Assembly: GCA_038087875.1 (NCBI GenBank)
Contig: CM075983.1
Span: 49,662,001-49,726,000, forward strand
Direction: 5' to 3'
From: Malacoraja senta
Taxonomy: Eukaryota
DNA: 64,000 bases
The notes beneath the pieces are model-generated. The model worked only from the letters and a program-made list of their open reading frames with translations, ran no database searches and was not told the DNA's origin. The translations under genes and the position numbers were made by a program. This document shows, in pieces, positions 1 through 13,206 of this stretch (within the stretch, counting starts at the first letter, position 1; every line of letters starts with the position of its first letter).

Positions 1-1769
1 ATTTCCCAAACTGTGTGTTTCCTTTGTTTTGCTGCTAGTCAAAACAAATAATACGATGAGGCCACAACAGAGCATCCTTTATAGAAGTCAGTAACTCTAA
101 ACTGCCATGATTTTGCTTAACCCAATGAATATTACCTCCCCAAAGGAGGTTGTACAGGGGCTTTTGCTTCTCATCTTGTCAGTGGATTATTGCGGTGACA
201 CAGCTGTTCTTCCAAAGCTTCTGTGAACTAGTTATTTTACATTTCCCAAATGGATTACAGACTCTTCTGACCCCCCCATTAATCAGGTTCATGAATTTTT
301 AAATTATTATGTTGTTGTCTAAATTATACCTTTGTTGCAGGCTACTTATATTATCCTTTCTGCTGAGGTACCTCACCCTGGTCTAATTTTCTGACTAGCA
401 AGTTATTTTGCTGACTGGGCCTTTTCTTTCCAATCTTATGTTTCTCTCTGCAGAATCTTTGCAAATGAAATCTTCTGTTCTAATATTTCATTGCCATAAT
501 GATTCAATACCGACTTCTTTCTTTTGTTAGCCCATATTGAACCAGATTATATATTCAGCTTTTACTATCTATCATCCAACAGGTCAATCATTCAAATCCA
601 TGACTCTCAAAGAATGCCCATTGTGTACTCTTTAAGCCCCCAAAGTTATATCCTCTGTTAACATTATCCATTCGTTTCAAATCCACAACTGGAGACACCA
701 AGTTCCCATTCACTACTATGTTGCTTCATTCTGGCCCTTCCCTCTACATCACTTAACTTGCCTTCATTTTTCTGAGTATGTAACACACACTTGCTGTAAC
801 CAAATTTCTAACCTAACCTTCTAATAAGTCCCACATTTAACTCTTCTTTTAATCCATGCTTCAAATTTCTTATTGAATGGACTGCTATCAAATTCCATCT
901 GCAATTTTGTTGGCACATCACTATCTACACCTAAATCATAGTACCTACCCGCAAGGGGAAAGCTGGCTATATTTGACGCATTCTCATTCCAGGTTATACT
1001 GTATCTCACCATTTAAGTAAGTCCACAATAGCCACTGAATTATCATTTTTTAAAGGCATCTCATTTGAACTGCAGTCTACAATCTGGGTCTGCCAGCTGA
1101 TGACTCTATAGTGCTTCGAAAATTCATTGGATCTCTGAAGGTGAGGCTATGCATCCTGAAGTATAAATTGAGTTTCTCTTCACCACTCACAACAACATGC
1201 CTTAATCTGAGCAACTCCATCTCCATGATCTCCAATATAATAATTACTATAATTGACCACTACTTCTCCCAATCGCCCAACAGATTACTTACTTCCTCCC
1301 ATAATTATGTTGGTGATCCCTCCTGCATTGTTTGCTCCACCTTGACAGAGAGGATTTGCAGTATTTCTGATGCATATCCTGACCTACAAGTTTCACAATA
1401 TCAAGATGCATAATTATAGCTTCAAAATGTGCCCATTGCTTTCCTCATATGTCCTTGTAGTGTCCACATGATTTTATAGCAGAACTTGCACATTGCAATA
1501 GTATCTTCATCAAAACCATATCACATTGATGAGTGGCATCTCCATGCTATTGGCTATTCTACATACTTCTTCAATGCTAATTCTGCAATATTAAATAGTT
1601 TTGTCTAAATTCTATCATCAGCCAGTCTACACAAAAAGTCACCTGTAGCACTCAATCTAACACTGCAAATTATATTCATTTGTCAGTGTATTTAATTTGG
1701 ACATAAAAAAACACATTTAACTAAAATAAAAGATGCAAAAGTGGTATATTCTAGTCCTCTCAAAATGAA

Positions 1770-2080
1770 TGTTCACATTGCATTTGCCTTCCCTACCACC
1801 GACACAATCTGCAACTTTTGGGGATCCTGCACCAGCACTCCCAAGTCCATTTGCACCTCAGATTTCTGAAAGCTCTCCCCATTTAGAAAATTATCTTTGC
1901 CTTTATTTCTTCTAACAAAGTGCATGCCTATGTCGTACATTTAGCTATGCTATATTTCCTTTGTCACTTCTTTGCCCACTTTCCCAACATGTCCAAGTCC
2001 TTCTGAAGACCCTGTTTTCTCAACACTACTTGCCCCTCCACCCATCTTGATATCATCCTCAAACTTGGCCACACAGCCAT
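1770..2080 (-). mobile_element. CR1-like LINE fragment (RT region), approximate ends
   Basis: Reverse complement gives a degenerate KFADDTK-like stretch (gccaagtttgaggatgatatcaag) and the typical downstream ggacttgggagtgctggtgca...gaaggcaaatgcaatg. Confidence 0.65.
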
Positions 2081-4933
2081 CAAAAGCAAAAATTCTATGA
2101 ATTTAATCATTAGTCAAAATAACAAATGCACCCAGACCAGGTGAGAAATGTTTTAAATTACAGATGGAATGGAGAGGGACTGTTTTCATTTTTGGGGGGT
2201 ATTTTAAGGCTGCACATAAGGCTATTATTTAAAGCCTTGCCCAAGATGTTTTGGAGAAGGTGATGAACAGCAATGATTTATAACTTTTGTGGACCTTCTG
2301 ATGAAGGCACTCAACACAATGCTTTTGAGAGAGTTTCAGGATTTAGCCAAACAACAAAATAAATAATAATACATTTCCAATTGAGGATGCGGTTGTGCCA
2401 TTGACCAAATGGAAAGATTCCTGCTAAAGTCAAACTGAGACCTGCCTTCTATGTTGCTGTTATATCATCATCTTGAAAATAAAATAAAGATTGATTTACA
2501 ATATTGAATATAAAACAACAATCCAGAAAATTAATACTGAATAATTACTCAAGGCTGAAAAAGGACTTCTAATGAAAAAATCCTATTTAATACTTTCACA
2601 TTAAAAATAGTAAATTGCGAAAACTGAGAACTGTTATGGAGCTCCCAGATTAAAAATCCAAACTTAAATGAGAAGCAAAAGTGGGCTGCCCTTTTAGATA
2701 TTTCAACAGACTTCCGGAAACATTCAAACAAATCTTGCAAACGCCAGTGAACACAGGCTGAAAGGTGTCAAAAATTTCCAGGAGAGGTAACAATTTCTTG
2801 AAGTAAGTAGTACGCAAAATTCATGTGCTTTTAAGAGAATTTCACAATGTGATTTTATAAGTGCTGTTCCATCGGAAATACACCCAGACATGAGTGTCTG
2901 AATGCTTATAATGCATGACCATTCAGCAATGGAACACAAGAACAAGCTGCAATTGAATAAAATCTTTGAGGCTTCGCTCAACAAATCTTTTGAACATAAT
3001 CTAGCTACACAATGCACATGCCATTCACCATCATGTATGGACCAAAAATGCCAAATTCACGACTGGCATCTTTCCACAATTCATGAGTCTATTAATGGAG
3101 CAAAATGAAATGAAAATTGTTCCCACAAGCTTGGTACAATCTTTTTTGTTATAACTTCTCACAAAATCGCACTCAGTAAAGAAAATAAGCAATTAATGCT
3201 TCTTCACAACACCATTGTCTAAATGAATCTTCTCTAGGCAGCGATACAATCTGTTCTCTTGCCAGCAAGAACAATCAGTTGACCTTGTGTAAACCAGTAC
3301 ATTAAAATAATCTCCTTGCACTTGAAAGTATTCCTATTAACATCGAATTGAACTGTATTAGAATTTAAAATAATTTTGCACATTTCCTGCTAGAGTGCAG
3401 CCGAGACACAAGTGGGTGGACAGAGGTCCAGAGATCGAGTCCCAGACTTCATGATTTTCTAGTTCTTTTGCACTGTGCAATAATGACATTTAAAGTGAAA
3501 GTCAAAAACTAAAGGTCTGAGCTACACTGGATACAGCCAGACACATTGGCATGTTGCCCCTTGTTCTGGCCCACCCACATTTATCGTGCCTGGATACAGA
3601 GTCTGAACAAGCTGGTATTCCAGCCCCTGAGAGCTTCTGAGAAATTACAATGTAGCCTCCGAGCTGAATAGGCCACAGATTGAATTCCCCTGAAGCTGCA
3701 CCTCTGGCATACTATAATGGTCTTTAATAGGCAAGAAGGGAGACAAGTGTCTCTTCGTAAATCTGGGAGGCTATATTTGTTAAAAAATTAGATATTTTAA
3801 ATATATAAAACTTGTTTTAAGGAAATAAAAGCAATAAAACAATTTTTAAATATATGAGAATAATAACAATGAAAACATTAAAATTATGTAAATAAAACAA
3901 ATAATTATTCAAACTTGTTTATCTTTTACAACTAATCTACATGGTCAATGCACTTTTCTACTAGATCCAGCTGCAATAGGACCGGAGGAGCTGATTTATC
4001 AGTGGAATGAGGGATATTTCTACAATGATTCGTCACAACTACGGACTCCATGTGGAGTGGAGAGCAGTAGGGTTGAATCTTTTTTACCTGGACCTAGCGA
4101 AACCCCAGAAGCACTCTTTGAAAACATTAATCATAGACAGTTCAAATCAGTCTTATTGCTTATTATATAAATACTGGATTGAATTTCTACAAGAGAGCTC
4201 TGATCTCCTGATAGTGCAAAGAAATATATTTAAAAATACTTTTGCTTATTTTAGCAAAGAAATGCAGATGCTGGAAATCCAAAACCAAAAAAGAAAATGT
4301 AGGCAGCACGCAGCAGTTAAAATAGCATCAGCACGGTGAAAAAAGAGTGAATGTTTCAGCATAAGATTCTTTATCAGAATTGGAAAAATGAAAAACCAGT
4401 ATTTTGAATTGCAGAAGGACAATTAATTTAGTCTAAAGTTTTCTGCTTTCACCTGAATACGGCCTTCAAAGAACAGATGTGGTGGCAGTGCCGAAAAAGT
4501 AACTTTGTGTTTTCTTATAGATTGTCTGGACTTTTTGTCACTATTATGATGATTAATCTTGAGATCCCCAAAATAAATCCACCCGATTGAATTCATGCAC
4601 ATCTATTTCACCAGTCTTGATATGTTTGCCTCTTTTGTTTTGTCTCAAAATCAATATACATGCACAGCACAGCTAGTCAGCCAAATGCTACGATACAAGC
4701 TTTTAAGCTTATTTTTGGCAAGGCATTCAATTGACCAAACAGATTGTTCTGCTCCATCTTGACCCTGGACTGTAAATTCCAACACAAAAATCAATCCTAC
4801 TGAAATGCATCTCATCATATAAGCAAAACAAAATGCTCATGACTGATTATTCACAATTAGTTTAGGTGTCAACTGCACGACAACACCTACATGTAACTTA
4901 ATAGTATCCAGCTATTATTATAGTGGACATATA

Positions 4934-6462
4934 CAGTGCCCTCCATAATGTTTGGGACAAAGACCCATCATTTATTTATTTGCCTCTATACTCCACAATT
5001 TGAGATTTGTAATAGAAAGAATCACATGTGGTTAAAGTGCACATTGTCAGATTTTATTAAAGGCCATTTTTATTCATTTGGCACCATAATGTTTGGGACA
5101 CAGCAATGTCATGTAAATGAAAGTAGTCATGTTTAGTATTTTGTTGCATATCCTTTACATGCAATGGCTGCTTGAAGTCTGTGATTCATGGACATCACCA
5201 GTTGCTGGGTGTCTTCTCTGGTGATGCTCTGCCAGGCCTGTATTGCAGCCATCTTTAGCTTATGCTTGTTTTGGGGGCTAGTCCCCTTCAGTTTTCTCTT
5301 CAGCATATAAAAGCCATGCTCAATTAGGTTCAGATTGACTTGCCCATGCAAGAATTTACCATTTTTTGGCTTTGAAAAACTCCTATGTTGCTTTAGCAGT
5401 ATGCTTGGGACCTTGTCTTTCTGTAGAATGAACCGCCGGCCAATGAGTTTTGAAGCATTTGTTCTTCAGAATTCATTATGCTGCTACTACCAGTAGTTGT
5501 ATCATTAATGACGATAAGTGAGCCAGTATCTTCAGCAGCCGTACATGCCTAGGCCATAACACCCCCACCCACCATGTTTCACAGATGAGGTGGTATGCTT
5601 TCGATCTTGGGCAGTTTCTTCTCTCCTCCATACTTTGCTCTTGCCATCACTCTGATATGTTAATCTTCGTCTCATCTGTCCACAAGACCTTTTTTTCCAG
5701 AACTGTGGTTGCTCTTTTACGTACTTCTTGGCAAACTGTAACCTGGCTATCCTATTTTTTAGGCTAATCAGTGGTTTGCATCTTGCAGTGTAGCCTCTGT
5801 ATTTCTGTTCATGAAGTCTTCTGCGGACAGTGGTCATTGACAAATCCACACCTGACTCCTGAAGCGTGTTTCTGCTCTGTCGGACACGTGTTTGGGGATT
5901 TTTCTTTATTATAGAGAGAATTCTTCTGCCATCAGCTGTGGATGTCTTCCTTGGCCTGCCAGTCCCTTTGCGATTAATAAGCTCACCAGTGCTCTCTTTC
6001 TTCTTAATGATGTTCCAAACAGTTAATTTTGATAAGCCTAAGGTTTGGCTGATGTCTCTAACAGTTTTATTCTTGTTTCTCAGTCTGATAATGGCTTCTT
6101 TGACTTTCATTGGCACAACTTTGGTCCTCATGTTGATAAACAACAATAAAAGTTTCCAAAGGTGATGGAAAGACTGGAGGAAAGACTAGGTACTGAGAGC
6201 TCTCTTATACCTGCATTAAGGAGGCAATTAAACACACCTGAGCAAACATTATGGTGCCTTGAAATGGGGAGACTATGTATAAACACCATTGTAATTTCTA
6301 CATGGTGAAACCAAAATATATTAAAATGTCCCTTATTAAAATCTGACAATGTGTGCTTTAACCACATGTGATTTTTTTTACTATTACAAATCTCAAATTG
6401 TGTAGTACAGAGGCAAATAAATAAATGAAGGGTCTTTGTCCCAAACATTATGGATGGCACTG
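4934..6462 (-). mobile_element. Tc1-family DNA transposon (IR/DR type), defective transposase
   Basis: TA|CAGTGCCCTCCATAATGTTTGGGACAAAGACC...GGTCTTTGTCCCAAACATTATGGATGGCACTG|TA, with long TIRs carrying an internal repeat of cataatgtttgggaca. ORF 5532-6146 encodes the paired-like HTH and GRPRK motifs; the catalytic part is frameshifted. Confidence 0.95.
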
Positions 6463-7339
6463 TATGTACCTTCTATTTTGCTGTAAGTTTTAAATGTTTG
6501 CTTCCTCCATAAGTTAACATTTTAAGCACAGAACAATTACCTTTATGTTCATAATTTTTTCCACTAAGTATGTGGCATACTTTTCTTACATGTAGCTGAA
6601 GTCTAATAAGGAACCAAACAATTGTTTTTGTTGAGATCAGAGGCTCAATAGTTAGAGGAGATCGTTATAGATGCAAACACTATCTTCCCTTTCCTAGGTT
6701 CTACCATGCACAAGTACTCCCCTAAATTCTACACTTATCTATCATCAGTATCCTTCTTAGCTATTAGTGCTCTCCAGCCTCAAATTTATAAACTTAAGAT
6801 CACTCTACTGCTATTAATTTTCAAAAGTTTTTTTTTTAAAGTGAGGCTCATTCAACAATAATATAGCAGCTACTGTTGCAACCCAAATGCAACTCCATCC
6901 CTTTACCCTTTGATTCCATTTGTAAATGAAAATGAATTAGCGAAGAGTAAGCATACAGGAGAGAGATATAGAACACTTGATTGAGAGTGGCTCATCATCA
7001 ACAAAATCAAGGAACTAATCGTTTACTTCAGAATGGGGAAGTAGGGAGACCACATGCCAGTTTTCATTTGAAGGTAGAAATAAGGAGCTGCAGATGTTGG
7101 TTGGTTTACAAAAAAAAGACAAAGTGTTGGAGTAACTCAGCGGGTCAGGCAGCATCTCTGGAGACATCGATAGGTGATATTTCGGTTGGGGCACTTCTTC
7201 AGAATGATTGTAACAAAAGGGAAGAAAGCTGGAAGAGGACAAAGTCTGGCGGGTAATAGGTTGATATAGGTGAAGGGCAGGGAGGATTTGATAGGCAGGT
7301 GTTTGGATAAAGGCCAGAGATTAAAATAAATAAGACAGT

Positions 7340-8150
7340 ATCCTGTCTAGTTCCCATGTTCATAGATTATTTCACTATTAAGAAATGTATCTACTTCCTG
7401 AGTATCACTATCTTCTTGGTAGAGAATTCTACAAGTTGACCACCCTCAGGGTGAAAACATTCCTCTTATCTTGATTTTATATAGCATACTTAAGGGTATG
7501 GCACCTTAAGGGTATATCTTAAGGGTATGGCACCTAATTCTCATCTTTTCAACTATTGGGAACATTCTCCATCTACCCGCACTCTTTAGTGCTGTTAGAA
7601 TTTTATGGTTTGTTTGGGATCCTACCTCATTGTGGTAAACTCCAATGAACATAGGCCTTGTTCATCTAATCTATTTTTGTACATCCATCCTGCTGCCTTA
7701 GGAATCAGTTTTATAAACCTTCACAGCATGCCCTCCATGACAAAAACATTCTTCCTCAGATAAGGAGATCAAAATGGCACACAAAATAGAATCTCAGCAG
7801 CAGCAAGTTTTGTAGCAGCCAACATACCATTTGCCATCCTAAGTCGCACTTTCAACCACTGGTGTTCAAGGACATCCAAGTCATGTTGTACCTTCCATTC
7901 CATTTACTCAGTCAATCACCATTTGGATTATAATTAGCCTTTCTGAATTTAGAACCATCGTGGATAACACCATATTTTTTCACATTAAACTGCATTCAAT
8001 ACATCTGACCAACTTATTCTTCTTTGTATCTGCCTCAAAGTTCACTTTCCAGCACACTCCAACCCTCCTCAGCCTGACAAGCTTTAAGTCATCTGCAAAA
8101 CTGGAAATGTTATATTTAGTTCTCACATCTAAATTGGCTTCCAGTCTCAA
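7340..8150 (-). mobile_element. Old CR1-like LINE fragment, approximate ends
   Basis: ORF 7980-8183 contains ISSFADDLKL (RT motif); the rest resembles a degenerate CR1 ORF2 3' region. Confidence 0.65.
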
Positions 8151-9203
8151 TCCAGGACTAATACGCATACCATTGACAAGCACATCAGTGCTGTGCTAAC
8201 AAAATACTGTGTTGTTGAAAATTGTCATTTTTTAATTATCCCAAGCTCACATTTATCTGCTTAGGAGTACGATAAAATATCTAATTGGTATTTTTCCTTA
8301 CTGAATTAAAACATCTTTCTTTCACAAACACAAGCGAGGTAGATTAACTAGTCATGAATGAAACATGCCAATCAACAAACTTTCTATTGTACTGGGAATG
8401 CACTGTCAGCGAGTTTCTGACAACATTTCAAAAAAGTTTAGATGTGTAGTTAAATCACCTAGGCTACCAGCCATGAGCTTGTAGACAGGGTTAATAAGGA
8501 CAGGATTAATAATGATAGATGTGGTGGGCCAAATGGCTTGCTTCATTCTGCATGACTCTTGACTATTTGCAAACAGGTTCCCATTTTTTGTCCCATATCA
8601 AAGACTGTATTCAAAATAACAATATTGACTTTCCCTTTGTTGTGAAGAGATAAGGCAATTTATAAATTTAAGCTCTTTATGAATCAATTGGACAGGCAAG
8701 GGTTACATAGGGCACCAGCACTAAAGTCCTTGAATGAAGAAAGAAAAAATGATTTAATTTTGTATGGGAAAACTGCAATCTATAGTCCATACCATGGAGA
8801 GTTAGAAGTTGAATGGAATGTGCAAGTTAAAGTCTTAAGCTAAATAAACAATAGAACCAGGAAATGGTGACATATTTGTGCGACAAGCTACATGTGTAAA
8901 TCAGATAGGAACAGAAATATTACTAGCAATGTATAGTACTGTTTCTTCAAATACTATCATAACTAATTTGTTGGGGATTGGATACCCAAGTAAATACCAG
9001 CTAGATGTAAGTAAATTGACAATTTTTACCCAGTGTACTGCAACCTGCTACAAGTGTTCTGAAAGAAAACAGTTTTGATCCGCTCCAAACTCCTGGAATG
9101 AGTAATTTAACAATGTGACATGTTACTAAACATTTGTTTTTTTTCCTCATATTTCTATAGGCGTAGCATGAAAACACAAGGCTTAAACGAGTCACAGTCT
9201 TAC

Positions 9204-9500
9204 CTGGTAAGACCTTTGCCCATTTGACAACACGCACAAGTTGCCTTTCCCCAAGTTCATTGAGACTTGTCAACAAACTGGCTGATGTATCAGGTTGTGT
9301 ATTGTCATACCCTGCATATACCATATCAGGCTCAATGGACTGCAGCACAGCTAGGAAAAGGGGCTGACATTGAAATTTCTGCATTCTTGGTATACCAATC
9401 CTTGGTACGATCACGAGGCTGGTGTCCTGTTGCTTTTGTGTAACCGAAGAGTCTGTTTCCTCTGCAGTTTGGAATGGTCTTGTATTCTTTAGTTTTCGAC
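9204..9500 (-). CDS. AR: Androgen receptor coding exon: hinge plus LBD helices 1-3 (orthologue of human exon 4), 297 bp, phase 1-1
   Basis: Minus strand reads tattttcaag|GTCGAAAAC...GTCTTACCAG|gtaagac. Translation is (G)[98 protein letters not shown](G), compared with human [58 protein letters not shown]. Splices in frame to the exon at 49593-49709. Confidence 0.97.
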
Positions 9501-10289
9501 CTTGAAAATAAAATTATGAAATGATCAGCTTGAGTTACAGAGGGAAAAGGTGTCGATTCATGAAAAGTAAAAACCTTGAAATGCAAAATAGTATCAGAAA
9601 ATGATCAAACTGCTAAAGTTATGTCACCAAATCAATAATGGTCAAACCAATTCAATTAATACTTAATAGTCAACTGCATATTGAATGGTCAACTTTTAAG
9701 GAGAGACTTCATTTTCTGTAAATTTTCGAATGGGTTTACCTCACCTGTTTCATTAATTTGCCAATACTCACTTTCTATACCAATAAGTGCAATGTGACAT
9801 AGTTAGATTCTCCATGTGCTTTGTGCTATTCTCCTGCCAACTTCTGTTCAGAACATTTATTCAGCAAAATTAAAAAAAAATGCAGTAAACAAAATCGAGC
9901 TACATCTTGTCCCTGAAAACTTAGTCAATCTTTCTGGTCACAACATTGTATTTCACTTGCAACAAATTTCCCACTGGAATGGAACTAAATTTCAGAGCCA
10001 ATGATAGGCCGTTCAACTTAAAGCACCTACAATTTGAGATTACCAAACCTTAGCTGCATGCTTACATCACTTGCGTTTGCAGGTTCCAAGCCCCTAGCAA
10101 CTGAAGGATATAAAAAGCATACATTTTACACTCAATATCTGGAAGACCAAGGTCTTAAATCCGTATTGCCCCACACTGTCCTCCGACAAGTGGTTTATAG
10201 CGAGACTCTGTAAAACATAAACCTCTTCCCATTTCTTGGCATTTGCCTCTTGATGAAAGTGGATAGCAATGTGGAGATTCGTCATAGCC

Positions 10290-11375
10290 TTTGGCCAACT
10301 CCAGAAATGGGTACTTACAGATCAAGATCTCATGGAACAGACTTACTATCTGGCAGCAGTGACCCCTGCCTTCCTATGTGATTCTGAGAGCTGAATTATC
10401 TACATTGTACACTGAAAGCAATAGAGAAATATCACTAATGCTGTCTCTGCAAAATCCCTGAAATTCACTGAAAAGATAACAAAGCAATGTCAGTGTCTTC
10501 GCCCTGGCCAACATTCCCAGTACCAAGTCCCTAGTTACACTCAATCAGCTACATTGACCAGGCCATATCATTTGCATGCTCAACACCAGACTCCCAGAAT
10601 AGACATTCTATTCCAATCTACATCAAGGGTTTGAAATGAAGTAGCTGCAGAGATGGTAGAACCATGGTTCAAATTTGTCATATCTTACTGAGTTACAGTA
10701 GAGTTACAGCTGATTGGAAAGCTTAACATCTATTGTTAGTAAGGTGTTTGAGTGTATAATTCAGGATGAAATGACGTGTCATTTAGAGAGGCTTGTTGCA
10801 ATCAAACCGTCAACATGGTTTTATGAGGGTGAAACTGCTTCAATTCCTAGAGAACCAATAGAATGCAACATGGGAACTGATAGAATTCAAGCAGAATCAA
10901 TAGAATGCAACCTAAAGATGCGGTTTATTTGGATTTCCAAAAGATATTTGTTAAGTATATGAAAGGGTGGTGCACAATAGCACGTGGGATTGCGAGAAGT
11001 ATATTCTGGCACAGATTCCAGAGTTGGAATAAATAGGCCTTTTGAAGTGGTTTATTTCTGCTTCTATTTTCTTGAGATTACCAGATGGACAGGGAAAAAT
11101 TCAAAGATGTGCTCAAATTCTCCTTGAAAAAAAAAAGAACATCGCCACTGACTCCTGGGACGTTCTGGCCCATGATTGTCGAAGGAGTACCTGGGATGGG
11201 AATGGGATCTCAAGGCCATTCATCAGGAGAACAGAGCCTCTTTGTAGTTGCCAGAAAAAGCAAAACACCCTCCCACTTGCCTGTCTCATCAGACACCATA
11301 TTCCCCATTTATGGAAGTCAGTGGTTCCCACATTGGATTTAATAGTGACCTCGGAACACACAAATGCACTTTAGA
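10290..11375 (+). mobile_element. Degenerate RTE-clade LINE 3' region, interrupted by a CR1-like fragment (~10629-11070)
   Basis: Broken frames give RTE ORF2 C-terminal motifs (RCLRKIL-like, ANIPS, RLP..IF-like), resuming after 11070 as RLPDGQ..KFKDVLK.SLKK..I.TDSW..LAHD. The insert contains SLTSIVSKVFECII (CR1 RT). Confidence 0.7.
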
Positions 11376-11694
11376 ACTAAGTTCAATGCAATAAGCAGAA
11401 AAGTGAGAGGTGACAGCGACGATGATCTCTAAGGACAGAGAAGTCTAGGCATATGAGTTGGTTGCCTCCCCCAAGTACTTTTGCGCTCTTAGTTTGAAGG
11501 GGTATAAAGGGGTGGGTAGTTCATTGGGGTGTGCCGAATGTCTTTAGTTTGTTCTATTTCCGCGAGGCTGTATTGGGCTCGAGTGAATGGTTTCGAGGAT
11601 CAATATACAATAAAATAGAGTAGAAAATCCAGTGTTCGTATTCGGTGTTTGACTGAACCAGACTAGGGGGTGAGATTAGATCCGGAATTAAGAT

Positions 11695-11712
11695 TGGGGG
11701 CTCGTCCGTGAT
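11695..11712 (+). promoter_or_regulatory. Retroviral primer-binding site for tRNA-Pro
   Basis: TGGGGGCTCGTCCGTGAT is a 17/18 match to the tRNA-Pro PBS TGGGGGCTCGTCCGGGAT and lies just after the LTR end. Confidence 0.9.
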
Positions 11713-13044
11713 CTCAAAGGATTGCCAACGCGAGTCTGCGATCGAAGGAACGCGGGAGGAGAAATCGGGCCCCCGGTGTGAGTAGTTTTTGCTACATCGG
11801 TTTTCCCTGCTCCGCTAGTCCGGTGAGAAATCAGTCATTTGCTGACGTGCGTGGATTTCTGACGAGATCAATCGAGGTTAGTAGTCTGGCGAACACTGAG
11901 GGCGAGGGTTTGAGTCTCTGGAAGGTTAGAGTCCCCGCCTAGGTGGGTTTGAGTCCCAGGGGGTGAGGGTGGGTTTAACAAGGTTCGTCCCTATTGGGTT
12001 CGAGTCCCCACCCAAGGAAGTCAACAGCTGTTGCAGTGTCAGGACCATTGAGTTGGTTCCTGAGGGATTAGAGTTCAAGTCCCTGGGGTACGAAGCCCCA
12101 CTCAGTGTTGGGGTATCAAGTGGCGAGGTACCTATAAAGGCAAGACTGAGTTAGTGCAGTACTAAGCGAGGTAAGTACTGAATCGGCACTGAGGTGCGAT
12201 TGGAAAGACGACACTTTAAAGATCGGCACCGCGAGCCAGCACGAGGCGGTAGGTGCTGAGGACCAGTATTTAGCGGGTAGGAGAGTTTGAGGCCTAGGGG
12301 AGTTTGAGGCCCCGCCTGTGCGGGTTTGAGTCCCAAACAGTACTGGGTATTATCAGTGTTATGGTAAAATTGGCTGGAATACTTTAAAAATTAACGCTGA
12401 ATTGATAGGACACGTCTGTGATAATTCTAGGACTGTGATCCAAATTCTTTGAACTAAATTTTACAAATTCGAGGTGTTCATATTGAATGCTTTTGGTTAT
12501 TCTTACTATAGTTGTTTGTTTCTGATCTTGTAATATAACAACTTGCTTAGAAATGTGTAATTTACTGTGCTGCCGTAATCGTAATTTAAATCGTATGCTT
12601 ATATATTATATTCTGGTTTGTTCCTGCATTATAATTGTTAGTTGCATAATTTTTTGTTTAAGCGTGATTTTGCTTTTGTGTTATAATATATATCTTTGTT
12701 AAATTTCGAGTGATTAAGTTCATAAGTTTGTGTAGATTCGATTGAGTTTGCATAGTTTCGATATCGTTGTGTTGTTTAAGTTCGGGAGATTTCGTTATTG
12801 CATTATAATTTATTGACCGCTTTAATTTACCGCTTTAAGAGCTTATGTGAAGCTTGTGCGAAGAACTGTGTATGAATGGCTAGGGTACCCGCTTGAAAGG
12901 AGATAGAATTGTGTGAAGTACTTGTTAAGAGTGTTGAATATTTGCTATTAAATTGTGAGTAGTGTGAAATATTTGCTAGGAGTGTTAAATATTTGTTATT
13001 GTATTGTAAGGTAGCTTGACCTTTTGTGAGATTGTTAGATAAAA

Positions 13045-13206
13045 ATGGGAAATCATCTGGATACTGCGACTGACCCTGAGAGCCCCTTGCAGATCCTTTG
13101 TAGTAAATTTCCAAAGGAGGTGGAACGATTGAAGCATTTTTCCGGAACTTTGAATAGAAAGTTAGGAAACTTATTTGCCAACAACATAATCCTGGGAAAG
13201 AAGTAA
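13045..13206 (+). pseudogene. Truncated retroviral gag N-terminus (53 aa)
   Basis: MGNHLDTATDPESPLQILCSKFPKEVERLKHFSGTLNRKLGNLFANNIILGKK*. Met-Gly (myristoylation-type) start plus SPL motif, placed after the PBS and leader as expected for gag. Confidence 0.6.

Noticed and set aside
400-1650. Possible ancient L1-like LINE remnant on the minus strand
   Set aside because: Composition is suggestive but I could not recover a diagnostic motif, so it is not called.
9001-9203. ORF 9001-9414 extending past the exon-4 donor
   Set aside because: Intron read-through; AR similarity ends at the canonical CAG|gtaag donor.
10094-10285. Minus-strand ORF starting MTNLH, superficially like AR exon 5 (FRNLH)
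   Set aside because: It lies upstream of exon 4 in transcript order and lacks the DDQM/YSWMG motifs. Exon 5 was not found in 1-9203.
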